Below are positions 50,207 through 63,096 of a DNA stretch of 64,000 nucleotides, piece by piece (the stretch's first letter is position 1; every line of letters starts with the position of its first letter). Below the pieces are notes generated by a model. That model did no database searches and had not been told where the DNA came from. It saw nothing but the letters and a program-made list of their open reading frames with translations. The translations under genes and the position numbers were made by a program. This DNA is from Alphaproteobacteria bacterium. Lineage in GTDB: Bacteria > Pseudomonadota > Alphaproteobacteria > SP197. Where the stretch lies: assembly GCA_964291415.2 (NCBI GenBank), contig OZ219917.1:96001-160000 (forward strand). Reading direction: 5' to 3'.

Positions 50207-50378
50207 ATGCCCCCATCACGTGCCCAGCGCCGCAGTCCGTGCGGTTTCACGGCACAAGGGCGCAGTGGGGGTGCGGAGTGCCGCGCCCCCATTCGTCTCC
50301 CCGATTGCCCGGAGAGGGCATGCCGGACGTGCAGACCGGCTCCAGGACCTGCGCATCCGCGCACCTAGGGTCGATCGG

Positions 50379-51134
50379 ATGCCGGTTCCCGTCATGGCGA
50401 CCACAGTCCACCGTTCCGATGCTGCGGTCGTCAGTCATGTCGATCTGACGCCCGACACAAATCGCGAGGCCGCCGCCCTCGCGTGGCTCGACGAACGCGA
50501 GCATGCACGTCGGGAACGTTTCCTGCGGTCCCGGCCACGGCGACAGTTTACCCTGTGCCGCGCCGCGCTGCGGACCGTGCTTTGCCGCGCACTCCACTGT
50601 TCCAACGATGAACTGTCATTCGGCACATTGACATATGGAAAGCCGTTTGCCCTGGTCGGCGGAACTCCCGCTTCGATCGCCTTCAATGTCAGCCACAGCG
50701 GCCGGCACGGTCTCATCGCGCTCGCCCGGGAGGGACGGATCGGCGTCGATGTCGAAGAGTGTTCGGCGCGGCGGGACATCGACGGCGATATCCGGCTGCT
50801 CTTTTCGCCCGAGGAACGCGCGCGCCTCAACTGCGTCGACGGGCATCACCGCCTCGAATTGTTCTGGAGTCTGTGGACCATGAAGGAGGCGCTCATCAAG
50901 GCGTCGGGCACAGGCCTTGCACGCGACACGACTAGTTTTGCGATACCGCCTGCGATGGGCCTCGGAGCGGGACGCACCGTCTTTCGGTTTCCCGACACGC
51001 CCTCGATTCAATGGCAGCTCGAGAAACTCGACAGCACCCGTTTCGTCGCAGCGCTCGCACACGAGATTGTGACCATGCCCGATTCCGGTTCGAGGAAGCA
51101 TGTCGAACCGGATGCCAGCGGCCCGGTTTCGTGA
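50379..51134 (+). CDS. supC: Sfp-type phosphopantetheinyl transferase (SupC-like)
   Basis: YGKP, FNVSHSG, IGVDVE, WTMKEALIKA.G.G. Confidence 0.9.
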   Translation: MPVPVMATTVHRSDAAVVSHVDLTPDTNREAAALAWLDEREHARRERFLRSRPRRQFTLCRAALRTVLCRALHCSNDELSFGTLTYGKPFALVGGTPASIAFNVSHSGRHGLIALAREGRIGVDVEECSARRDIDGDIRLLFSPEERARLNCVDGHHRLELFWSLWTMKEALIKASGTGLARDTTSFAIPPAMGLGAGRTVFRFPDTPSIQWQLEKLDSTRFVAALAHEIVTMPDSGSRKHVEPDASGPVS

Positions 51135-51172
51135 AGTCGGCGACAGGCACGGCCTCTCATGTCCCGCCGGAC

Positions 51173-52090
51173 ATGACCTGGCGGATTCCCGACCCGATCT
51201 CGGTATGCAAGGTTCGGGTTTCCGATCAGAGCGACATCGTGGTGCGGCAACACGGCAATGCAGACGCGCCGCTTCGCTTGATTCTCAGCCACGGCAACGG
51301 CCTCGCGATCGATCTCTACTATCCCTTCTGGTCACTGCTTGCCGATGAATTCGAACTGCTGGTCTATGACCTCAGAAACCACGGCTGGAATCACCCGGGA
51401 TCACGCCACCATCACAACATCCCGACACTGATCCATGACCACGACCTCGTTCTTGACGCCATTGTTCGCCGCTACGGAGAAAAGGACTGTGTAGGCGTCT
51501 TTCATTCGGTCTCCACAGTCATCGCACTGCTGTCATTCACCAAGCGGTACTCCGGGCTGGTTCTCTTCGACCCGCCACTTTGCCAGTTTTGTGCGAGCGA
51601 AGCGGAGTTCGACGAGGCGGCCACACGGGCCGCGGCGATGACCCGGCGGCGTCGCGATCGATATGACACGGAAGACGAGTTCGCCGACATGCTGGCCTAC
51701 CTTCCCGGTTTCGTCCGCGTCCTCCCCGGGGTTCGCGAACTCATGGCGAGGACAACCCTGAGACGCTCGGCCGATGAAACGTCCTTTGAGCTGCGCTGCC
51801 CCCGCGAGTTCGAAGCCCAGATCACCGAATACATAAGATCGTTTTCTCCCCTGCTGGATCTGGACGTGCTGTCTTCTCCAGTCAAGGTCATCGGAGCCGA
51901 TCCGACCCTGCCCTACACGTACCTGCCGACCCTCAGCCTGTCGCAGGCCGCGGTGGTCGACTACGACTTTGTCGTCAATGCCACGCACCTGCTCCAGCTG
52001 GAGAAGCCGGCGGAGTGCGTCATCATGTTGCGGGAATTCCTCGACCAGATGGGTCTGCCGCGAGGCGGTTCAGCCGGCGATCCATGTTGA
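51173..52090 (+). CDS. supD: Alpha/beta hydrolase (SupD-like)
   Basis: SHGNGLAIDLYYPFW, YDLRNHGWN, GVFHS, LFDPP, THLLQLEKP. Confidence 0.85.
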   Translation: MTWRIPDPISVCKVRVSDQSDIVVRQHGNADAPLRLILSHGNGLAIDLYYPFWSLLADEFELLVYDLRNHGWNHPGSRHHHNIPTLIHDHDLVLDAIVRRYGEKDCVGVFHSVSTVIALLSFTKRYSGLVLFDPPLCQFCASEAEFDEAATRAAAMTRRRRDRYDTEDEFADMLAYLPGFVRVLPGVRELMARTTLRRSADETSFELRCPREFEAQITEYIRSFSPLLDLDVLSSPVKVIGADPTLPYTYLPTLSLSQAAVVDYDFVVNATHLLQLEKPAECVIMLREFLDQMGLPRGGSAGDPC

Positions 52091-52385
52091 ACCGGCGCTT
52101 TCAGCGCACCCCCGAGGCACGACAGGTGGATTGATTGCGCAGGACGCCCGCAGGAGCGACGTCAATGACAAGGATGGCGCAGTCGGGCCCGGTGCTCACG
52201 TGGGTACCGTCACGGCCGAACGGGCCCGCCGATGCATCGCCACCTCATTGGGCCGCGTTGCACCGGTGGAAGGCACACGTTGCCTGATTGACGTCGGACA
52301 CGCTTGCGAGCAAGGGCATCGCGCCCTGGTTCACCGCACACGGTACGGCCCAACGGTCGTATCAAGGCGAACCGCTAAGGTCAGG

Positions 52386-55300
52386 CTAACGCTTCCGCGG
52401 CTCGATCCAGTGGCGCACGCGCTCGAAGGGATAGATGGGTAGCGCCACGCGTCGCCGCTTCTCGCCTGCGAACAAGGCTGCGAACGATACCGGCAAGCCC
52501 GCCGCGTAGGCGCTGGCAACCATGCTGGCGAATGACCTGTTGCCCGAGAGCAGTTCCATGCTCGACAGCGCCAGCGGCCCCGTGGCCGCGTCGCTCTTCG
52601 AGGCAGGCCACCGACGAGCGATCGCCTCTCCGATTGAACCCGATGATCCCAGATCCAGAATGGCATCCACCTCCTGATCCTCCAGCGACCTGGCGCACGC
52701 CTCCGTCGCCACGGCCTCCGCCACCCCGGAACGCCAGAACGACTCGTCGAACGCGAACCGGGAACTGCTCGCCTTGCCTGTCACGGTGCTCACCATGGTG
52801 ATCGCCGGCCGCTCGAAAACCACGTCCCCGCTTTCCTGAATCGATCTGCCGCATCCGGCCAGCGCGAGGCGGGCCCCTTCTTCGAGGCCGAACACGCCGG
52901 CCGCCTCACCCGCGGCAAGTTCCCCGGCCTCATGCCCTGTGACGACACCCGGACGGATCCCCACACTCGACCAGAGCGCGGTGAGCGCGCATTGAATCGC
53001 GTAGGCTCCCAGGCGCGTCAGGTCCGCGTCCTCGGGTCCATCGACCCTCGCGTCATGGCCGAAGAGCCGTCCGACAAGCGATTGTCCGAGCGCCTTGCGG
53101 GCGACAGAATCGCAACGATCAAGCACGGCCCTCACGACCGGTTCGCTCTCGTAGAGCCCTTTCACCGTCGCGTTGCAGAAGCCGATCTCCCCGGAAAACA
53201 CGAAGGCGACCTTCTTCGCCTGGCGCGGCGGCGCAACGCCGTTAGGGCCGGCGAACTCCTGAAGACGCTGGCGCAGCGATTCCAGGCTCGTGAACACGAT
53301 GCCGGCACGGTACCGGAAGTGACTGCGGCCGGTCCCCGCGGTCCAGGCGAGGTCTGCGAGCCAGGCCGCAGTGTCCGTTTCGAGTCCGTCGCACTGCTCG
53401 TCGACCCACGCGAGATATCGCCCGGCCAGGGCCTTCAGGGCGTTATCGGACTTGGCCGACAGCGGCAACAGCCGGGCCGTGCGCAGGCCATGACCGGCTG
53501 GCAGCTGCTCAGGACCGGCGAGACCGCCAGGCAGATCCGCCGTTACGGGTATCGCGCCGCCCTCGGGCGCGAGTCCGTTGCCGGGCACGGCCTCGGGGCT
53601 GGACGCTTCCACGATGACGTGAGCATTCGTGCCCGAGAATCCGAACGCGCTTACGCCGGCACGCGCCCTTCGGTCCTTCCGCCCGGGCCAATCAGTCGAT
53701 TGCGACGCGATCCGAACCGGCAACCGGTTCCAGTCCACATGCGGACTCGGCTCCTCGAAGTGAAGTTGCCTTGGAATGGTACCGCAACGCATCGACAGCA
53801 CGACCTTGATCAATCCGGCGATACCCGCCGCGGCCTCCAGATGGCCGATGTTCGATTTCACCGATCCGACGAGCAGCGGTCGTTGCTCTTCCCGTCCTTC
53901 GCCGTACACCGCGGCCGTAGCCTGCAACTCGATGGGATCACCGAGCGCCGAGCCGACCCCGTTCGCCTCCACATAGTCCACGTCCGATGGCGCCATTCCC
54001 GCCCGCGCAAGGGCGTCCTCCATGACCTGTTGCTGGGCCGGTCCGTTCGGCACCGTCAACCCGGCGCCTGTCCCGCTGTGATTCACGGCCGAGCCTCGGA
54101 TCACGCCCCAGATTCGATCTCCGTCAGCCTGTGCGTCCGAGTGGCGCTTGAGGAGGACGACGCCACATCCCTCGCCGCGCACGTACCCGTCCGCGGACGC
54201 ATCGAACGACGCGCAACGGCCGGTCGAGGAGAGCATGCCATGCTCGATCAGAAAGTTCCCGACTCCGGACGAAAGAACGACGTTGACGCCGCCGGCGAGC
54301 GCAAGCTCCACCTCGTCACGCTGCAAGGCCGTCACCGCTTCGTGAACGGCAACCAGCGACGAGGCGCAGTTCAACTCCAGGGGAATCGCAGGGCCAACGA
54401 GTCCGAGCTCGAAGGCGATGCGACCCACCGCGATGCTACCCATCGTGCCGAAGTAACCGCCCTGCCTTCCGCCCGCGTTCATCAGCTCGCGATACTCTCC
54501 CGGCCCCAGGCCCACGTACACGCCCGCTCGAGCGCCCTTCAGACGAGCGGTGTCCATGCCGGCATCTTCGAACGCGTGCCAGCTGGTCTCCAGCAGCATC
54601 CGGTGCTGCGGATCCATCGCCTCGGCCTCGATGGGCCGGATACCGAAGAAATCCGCATCAAAGCAATCGAGTTCCGACACAAACCCGCCGCGCCTCAACG
54701 ACGCATGGTCCGCCCCGGGGTCTCCGACGCCATGGCTCCAGGATTCGAAGTCCGGGCGTCCGTCCGAGATCAGGTCCGCGCCCGACGAGAGCCGGTTCCA
54801 GTAGGCCGTGAGGTCCGGCGCACCCGGATACCGGCAGGCCATGCCGACAATCGCGATCGCCTCGTTGCTGCTCGAGCCGCGGTCCGGCCTGGCGTGCACA
54901 GCCGGCATGGCAGGAGCCGGCAACGTCTTGGAAGAGGTTTCTCCGGCGAGCTCGCCGATGAGGAAGCGGGCGAGGGTGTCGGCGTCAGGATAATCGAATA
55001 CCAGGGTGTTGGAGACCACGTATGCGCCGGCGAAGGCCCGGTTCAGCCGGTTCCGCAACTCGACTGCCATGAGCGAATCCATGCCGAGATCAAAGAACCG
55101 CGCGTGGGGCGCCGGCCGCGCGGGAAGCCGCATGATCGACTGCAACTCATCGAGCACAAGCGTGCACAGCAACCCGTCTCGTTCGGACGCGGCAGCCTCC
55201 TGCAGGCGCATCAGAAGGTCGTTCTGTCCGTTCGGCGCTTCAGGTGTGCGTGTTGTCTCCCGCGTCCCGGAAGAAGCGAGCAACTCCTCGAGCAGCGGCG

Positions 55301-58300
55301 AGGGCGCCGCCAGCGCCTCCGCGTACACCGGCCAATCCGCCGCCATCACCACCGCACTTTCCACGTCCTCGCGCACCAGCCGCTCAAAGACCAGCAGCCC
55401 CTGTCGTGGCGTCATCCAGCGGATGCCCCGAGCCGAAAGGTGGCCGGCAATACGCTCGCGGTGCTCCTCCGCCTCGCCCAACTCCGACCACGCGCCCCAC
55501 GCGATAGCCTGGCCGGCGAGGCCGAGCGCCCGCCGGTGGGCGGCGAGCTGGTCGAGAAACGCGTTCGCCGCGGCGTGGTTCGATTGTCCGGGATTGCCCA
55601 TGACGCCGGCAGCGCTGGAGAACAGGACAAAGAGGTCAAGATCGCGGTTCTCGGTCGCCCGGTGCAGATTCCATGCGCCGAGCACCTTCGGCCAGATCAC
55701 CGTCTCGAAGGTCTCCCAGCTCTGGTTCACGAGCGATGCGTCCGAAAGCACGCCCACGCTGTGGACGACGCCGGCCAGCGGCGGCAATTCGCTGTCGATC
55801 CAGCCGAGCATCGCGTCGACTTCCGCATCGACGGTCACGTCCGCGACCTTGCCGTGCACGGCCACGCCGCGCGATTTCAGCGCACGTATCGTCTCCTGCG
55901 CGGACGCATCCGGGGGCCGGCGTCCATTGAGCACGATCGTGCCCGCTCCGTGGTCGGCAAGCCAACCGGCCAGCGCACAGCCGATTCCTCCGAAGCCACC
56001 GGTCACCAGGTAGGTGCCATCGCCACGCAAACGACCGTGGGCGAACGGCGCCTGCGTCAGGACGATCTTGCCGATGTGCCGGGCCGAGCGCATGAACGAC
56101 ATCGCCGACGACGCCTCGGCCATGGGCCAGCGCAGGTGGGGGAGTGGAGCAAGCTCGCCCGCTTCGATGCGCTTCGTGACGCTCGCGAGCACCGAACCCG
56201 CACGGGCAGGCTCGCGTTCCTTGATGTCGTCCAGACGCAGCACGGAGTACCCAACGTCGGGGCGTACGTCCGCGATTTCCTGCGCGCTCCAGATATCGCG
56301 TGCGCCGAGTTCCACGAACCGGCCGCCGCGCGCGACGCAGGACAGGCTGGCCTCTATGAAACCCTTGCCGGTCAGGCTGTTCAGCACGACATCCACCCCG
56401 GCGCCATCAGTGGCTTCGAGAACCGCCTGTGCGAAGTCCAGCGTGCGGCTGTCGTACACCGCCTCCACGCCAAGGGAGCGGAGAAAGCCCTGCTTCGACG
56501 CGCTGGCGGTCGCGAACACCCTCGCGCCGACCGCCTGTGCCAACTGGATCGCCGCGAGTCCGACTCCGCCGGCGCCGGCATGGATCAGCACGCGTTCGCC
56601 GGCCCTGAGCCCGGCGAACTCGAACGACAGGGCGGCGGACACGAACGCGGTGGACACTCCGGCCAGTGCGGCGGAAGGAATTCCCGCTGGCGCAGGCATC
56701 ACCAGCTCGGCCCGTGTCACCACCTCTGATGCGAAAGCACCGAACGCCATGCCGACAACCCGGTCGCCGACCGACACGTGCGAGACATTCTCGCCCGCGC
56801 CGACGACCCGACCGCACAGTTCGCGGCCGAGTTCCCCCGTCTCGAGCGCGTCCATCGCGCGCAGCACGTCCCGAAAGTTGAGACCGGCCGCCTCGACGGC
56901 GATCCGGACATCGTCCGGCCCCAGGGAACGAGCCGGGGCGCTCACCACTTGCAGCGATTCGAGCGGTCCTTCCGTTCCCGGCTCGAGCCGCCACCCGCGG
57001 TCGACCGGGAATGCGGTCCGCGGCGCCGCGGCGCCGGCTCGGACCAGTCGCGCGACATGTCTTCGGCCGCTCCGCCAGGCCATGTGATTCTCGCCATCAG
57101 GCCACAGCAGCTCGCCGGCAAGAACGGAAACGTCCGTCGGGCTTTCCGGATCGAGATCAATCATTCGCGGCATCAGATGCGACACTTCGCGGGCCAGCAC
57201 CTTGCCGAACCCCCAAAGAGTCGCACCGGCCGGTGTCCCGTCTCTTTCGCGATCAAGGACCTGTGCGCCGCGCGTCACGAGCCACAGTCCCTTGGCGAGC
57301 GCCACGCCTGCATCCATCGCACCCTGCACCAGAGCGAGAGCGCTTGCCTGCGCGTGCGTCACGTCTTGCGCGATCTCGCCGGGCGTCGCCCGTCTTCCGT
57401 GGCCATCGAGCGCCGGGAGATGCACGATCCCCTGAAGCGGCGGCGCCGGGGCCAGGCCTTCGAACAACGATTTCCACGACCGGCGGCAGCGGAGCGGAAC
57501 GGATGTCCTCACCACCTCCTGGAAAGTCGGAGCCGCCACGGTTTCTGCGGCGCCCTCGCCCACGACCACCACGGCCTGGTTCCGCGCTGCAAGCTCGCTG
57601 GCGAGCGATTCGCCAACCCCACCACCGTCGCAGACGATGACCCAGACGCCGAACGAAAGTGGCGTATCAGCGGGCGCGCGCGCCAGGATCAGACCGCGGT
57701 CGAGCAGCGCGTGTTCGCTGTCTTCGTCAACTCCCAGGATCGTCGCATCGCAAAGTCCGGCGTCGCCAAGAGCCCGCCGCCACACGTCAGGACCGCCGAT
57801 CGCGCTTGCGGGCCTGTAGGAATCGGCAAAGCGCCACCACCCTTCGAGAAGCCCGAAGGTGAGGTCCTGCCAGTGCCAGGCCCGCATGAGCTCGAGCACG
57901 ACGAGCCGGCCTCCCGGGGCGAGAAGCGCGCGACAGTTCGCCAACGTCTCCCCCAGGTCCCTGGTGGCATGCAGCACATTCGCCGCGATGACCAGATCGC
58001 AACTCTGCTGGTCGAATCCCTGCATCGAGGGATCCGCCTCGATGTCGAGAACCCGGTAGTCGAACGACGAGTCTCCGCCGCCGAAGCGCGCCTCTGCCGC
58101 CGCGAAGAAGCCCGCCGAGATGTCCGTGAAGAGGTAGTCGAAGCGACCGTCGGGAAGCACGGAGAGCACCGCTTCGGTCGTGGAACCCGTGCCGGCGCCG
58201 ACCTCAAGCACCCGCAGCCTCTTGCCCTCCGGAATCGCTTCGCAGAGCGGCAAGAGCGCGTCCGCAAGCAATTGATGGCCCGCGCGCGCCGCCGTGGAGT

Positions 58301-61300
58301 TGCGGTAGATGTCGGCGGCGGACGGCTCGCCGCTGCCGAACAGCAGTGTCAGCGGATCGGCCCTGCCCAGCAGCACATCGGCCAGTGCATCGCCACAACG
58401 GCGCAACAACCCGATCTCGTTCCTGCCGTGCGGATGTTTCGCCTCGAGGTCGGTCGCCAGTCGCTGCGGGTCGCCAAGCGCACCGTCCGGCAACGACTCG
58501 CCGCGTCCGAGCGCGACCGCGGGTTTGCCGTCGGTCCCCGGGGACAGCACTCCCGCCTCGCCGAGCATCGAGATCAAGCGAGCGAACAGGCTCCGATGTT
58601 CAAGTCCTACGCCGAGTTCGTCTGCCAGTTCCTGCGGTTCGATCGAAGCTCCCGCGCTCCGCCGCCAGTCGAGTCGTTCGAACGCCGCAACAGCGTAGGC
58701 ACGCGACAGGCGGTCCAGATCCTGGAGCAACTCGAACCGTTGTGCCGCCGGAACGCCCTCTGCCTGAAGATAGTCGGAGAACGGTGCGGTCTGCTCCGCC
58801 CCGATCGCCGGTCCAGTGGGCAAGCGGGCGGGCTCGGGGCCCGCCACGGGCGCCCGCTCGCGCCATGCAACTTCGTAGAGCAGGTCGTTGACCTCGGTCA
58901 TCGCAGCGAGCATCGCGGAGCGTGTCGCCCGCTTCATCGTGAACCCTTCCACGCCGCCGATGGGCTCTCCGTCCGGCGCATGGATCCACAGGTCGGCCTT
59001 CAGCACTTCAGCCGTGTCGTCCCAGATGGCCTCGGCACCGGCGGCGCTCCCGCGCATGCGCACATGGCAGACGACGTGTAGCGGGGGCGGTTCGAGCAGC
59101 CACAACCGTTCCCAGCCGAACGGCATGTAGGTCGACTTGCCGGCGCGCCTGGCCTGGTCGCGCGCCGCCATCAGGACCTGGAAACATCCGTCAAGAAGAA
59201 TTGGATGCATGTCCATGCCGCCCTGATCCAGGTCTTTCGGCAGCACGACGTCGCCGATTGCCTCACCCTGGCCGAAGCAGATCGATTGCAGGGGGCGGAA
59301 CGCCGGACCGAGCACGACCCTGGTGCTGATCTTGTTGCGATAGAGCGTTGCGACATCGCCGCGCGTCAGGCCGGCTCTCACGGCATCCAGATCTTTCCGC
59401 ACCCGGGGCCCGTCAGGGGGCAGGCCGGGCAGCATCCGGCCGTCCATGTGCAGCGTCCAGTCGTCGTCTGTCCCCTTGCTGAACACCTCGAAACGCCGCG
59501 ACGACTGCGTCTTCGAACCATCGCAGAGAAGCTGCAGCGTCCGGCCCGCCTCGCGAGGCTTCACGTCCTCCTCCGCCTCCTCGTCGCGCAGGATCATCGG
59601 ACTGTGCAACTGGCATTCTTCCAGAGTTACCGCCCGGGCGCCCTCGCTCCAGAGCACCCCCGCGGCCATCGCGCCGAACATCGCGCCCGGCACCACCACC
59701 TGGTCGAACACCCGGTGATCGTTCAGCCATCCGGGGTCCGTTGCGCGGATCTCCGATGCGAACACGGTGTCGCCGCGGGGTGAATCGTGCCGCACCCCCA
59801 GAAGTGCATGCCCTGGGTCGGATCGCCATCGCTTCGGTGCGCCAACCCAGTGCCGGCGGCGCTGGAACGGATAGGCCGGCAGCGCAATGCGGCGCCTCGC
59901 CTCGCCGGCAAAGAGCCCTTCGAGGCGGAACGGAAACCCGGCCTCGTAGGCGGCAGCCACGCCGTGGACGAAGGCCTCTCCTCCAGCCGGTGTCGGCGTC
60001 GTGTCGGACGGTCGCCGCAGGCTCGCCACCGTGAACGGAGCGGCAGAATCCTTGTGTTCCGTCTGCGGCCAAACCGCCGATGCCATCGGACCCAGCACCG
60101 CATGCGGCCCGACCTCGACGATGGCGTCCACGCCGAGCTCCGCGATGGTCTCGACACAGGCACGAAACGCCACGACCTGGCGCGCCTGGCGCTTCCAGTA
60201 CGCTGCGTCGAGCATGTCGTCCGGCGTCACCACCGCGCCGGACAGATTGCTCACGAAAGTCAGCGCCGGCGGCGAGAAGGTGAGCTTGTTCAGTGCTGCC
60301 TCAAGGTCGTCCAGCGCCGGCTCCACCATCGCACTGTGATAGGCGGGGCTCCGTCGCAGGCGCGCCACCCGCACGTCTTGCGATTCGAAGCCGGCGACGA
60401 GCGCCTCGACATCCGTTGCCGGTCCGCTGACCACCTGGTGCGTGCCGTTGTCCGCCGCCACGCACAGACCGGTCCCGGCGCACGACGCGTTGTAATCGCC
60501 AAGCGCCGAGGCGACGCGCGATGCCGGTGCGAACACCGCGGCCATCGCGCCATGGCCCGGCAGTGCCCCGATCAGTGCGCCCCGCGCCATCGCGAAGCGA
60601 AGCCCGTCCTCGACGCTCAACACGCCGGCGGCCTGCGCCGCCGCGATCTCTCCAAGGCTGTGCCCCAGCACGACGTCGGGTCGGATTCCCATGCTGGACC
60701 AGAGGGCGGTCAGCGCACACTCAAGCGCATAGATCGCGGGTTGCTTCCACTGCGGGTCATCGAGTTCGCCTGCTGCTTCTGGCCGGCCGAACATGACGTC
60801 GAGAAGCGAGGCGCCGCGCTCGTCCTGAACGACCGCGTCGCAGCGCTGCAGGACAGAGCCCGCACAACCGGCTCGCTCTCGTAGAGGTCGGACCCCATCC
60901 CCACCCACTGGCTCGCCTGGCCGGTGTAGGCAAAGGCAATCTTCGACACCGCCTTCGGCGCCGCGTCTCCTTCGCCGGCGATGGTCGATTCAAGGCCCTC
61001 GCGCAGCGATGCCGCATCGCTGAACACGACGGCGGCGCGATGGGCGAAATGACTACGCCCGACAGATGCCGTCCAGGCCACGTCGGCGAGCATCGCCGCC
61101 TCGCGGTCACCATCCCCGGTACCTTCCGCGGTCTCATGGTCGAGCCAGGTTCGATACCGGGCGGCAAGATCCCGCAGCGCTTCCCGGGACTTGCCGGAAA
61201 GCGGCAGGATCCGCAGCCTTCGCGCCCGGGGCGCCTCGTCCGCCGATGCGAAGTCCGCCATCGCCCCGCAGAGCTGCAGCGGAACCTCGCGTGCCGACCC

Positions 61301-62774
61301 TGCTGGCCAACCGCGCGGACCCTTCGCGCACGCGCCGTCCGCCGCCTTGAGACCTTCCACGATCACGTGCGAGTTGGTTCCGGAGAAGCCGAAAGAGCTC
61401 ACCCCGGCCAGTGCAGGAGCGGTCGCCCGAGTTCGGCCACGCGGTCGGCGTCGTTGTGACCCGTACGGGCAACCGGTCCCACTCGATACCCGGATTCGGA
61501 TTGGAGAGGTTGAGATGCCTCGGGATGACTCCGCGGTGCATTGCCAGAAGCACCTTGATCAGGCCCGCCGCGCCGGCGGCGGCGGCCAGATGACCGATAT
61601 TGGTCTTGACCGAGCCTACGAGCAGGGGACGTTCGCCGTCTCTTCCCCGACCGTAGACGGATGCGGCGGCCGCAATTTCGACGGGATCGCCCAGCTTCGT
61701 TCCGGTGCCATGCGCCTCAAGGTAGTCGATCTGTGACGGAGCCAGGGAGGCGCTCGCCAGCGCATCCTCGATGACCCGCTCCTGCGTAAGCCGCATCGGC
61801 ACCGACAGTCCCGGGCGCGCCCCGTCCTGGTTGACCGCCGAGCCCCGGATCACTCCCCAGATCCTGTCGCCCGCCGCCTCGGCCTCATCGAGCCGCTTCA
61901 GCACCAGCAGCCCACAGCCCTCGCTGCGCACGAATCCGTCCGCCCGCTCGTCGAACGTCCAGCATTGTCCGGTCGGCGACAGCATCCCGGCATTGGCCAT
62001 CCCCTCGGTCGTCAGCGGCGACAGGATCACGCACACCCCGCCGGCGATGGCGAGATCCGCCTCGCCGCGCTCAAGGCCCGCCATCGCCTGGTGCACCGCC
62101 ACCAGCGAGGACGAGCAGGCCGTGTCGACCGCCACCGATGGACCCTGCAGCCCGAGCACGAACGACACGCGTCCGCTCGCGGTGCTGAATCGGTTGCCGG
62201 TCAACAGATACAGCGTCGCGTCCGGGCCGACGGGGTCGCTCGCCCCCCGCACCAGTTCCTGGTACTCGTAGCTGCCGATGCCCGCATAGACGCCTGTTCG
62301 ACTTCCGACGAGCCTCTCCGGCGCAATCCCGGCGTCCTCCAGTGCCTCCCAACTCACCTCGAGCAGCAGGCGCTGTTGCGGGTCGAGCGACTCGGCCTCG
62401 ATCGGCGAGATACGGAAGAACTCGGCATCAAACTGGTCAATCCCGCCAAGAAACGAGCCATATCGGCTGGCCGGGTGCACGGGAGTTTCGTCCGGGAACA
62501 TCTGGTTCACGCGTCCGCTTCCCGGACCGGGGGAGCCGTGCGTGACAGTGTTGTCGCCTGCCTCGAGGAGCCTCCAGAACGCATCGAGGTCGTCGGCGCC
62601 GGGGAAGCGGCAGGCCATTCCCACCACGGCGATCGACTCCCTGCTGTCTGAACGCTCGTGTGTCTCCCGACGGGGCTGAACCTCCCCCGTTGCGGAACGA
62701 GCATGTGGACGCTGGCTCTTCATGAACTTCGGCACTCTCGCAACACAGTCCGACGCCACAGTCGCCGGGGACAC
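52386..62774 (-). CDS. supA: SupA-type PKS/FAS: KS-AT-DH-MT-ER-KR-ACP-KS0-AT0; frameshifts near 61415 and 60855; start uncertain (62774/62723)
   Basis: KS DTACSSS/EAHGTGT/NIGH; AT GHSLG, SPAYHS; DH HRVFDQVVVPG; MT LEVGAGTG; ER HAGAGGVG; KR TGGFGGIG; ACP GMDSLM; adjacent supBCD. Confidence 0.9.
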
Positions 62775-63096
62775 GATCCCGTTGCTTCACTTGTATCGAT
62801 GGACCGAGGCTTGGTAAAGCCGGGCCATCGCATCAGCGGCCATCCTCAAGATACACCATCCTGCCGGGCGGGAACCCGTCGGAATCGCCCGTCAGCGCCA
62901 TGGCCGGCGCCGGCTGCCGGCCATCGTTTCGCGGCAGGGTCGCAGCATGATCGAAGCTGGACCGGTGAAGCGTCGACGAGGGGGCTCGCACCGCGGGTGA
63001 CATTGTCCTTGCCGGAGTTCCAAACTACTGTCCTCGCGCAAGCCGGGAGGCAGCTGCGAGGCCTGTCATGCGGAAGGCGAAGGGGAGACATTCATC

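Noticed and set aside
3441-56729. Very long alternative-frame ORFs (e.g. 3441-5840, 19412-21982, 28742-31204, 52932-56729)
   Set aside because: Antisense shadows of real high-GC genes, with no recognisable motifs.
19890-61420. Programmed frameshifting in the recombinase, methyltransferase and supA
   Set aside because: Mostly isolated extra bases without slippery motifs in otherwise intact genes. Long-read error is more likely, though recent pseudogenisation cannot be excluded.
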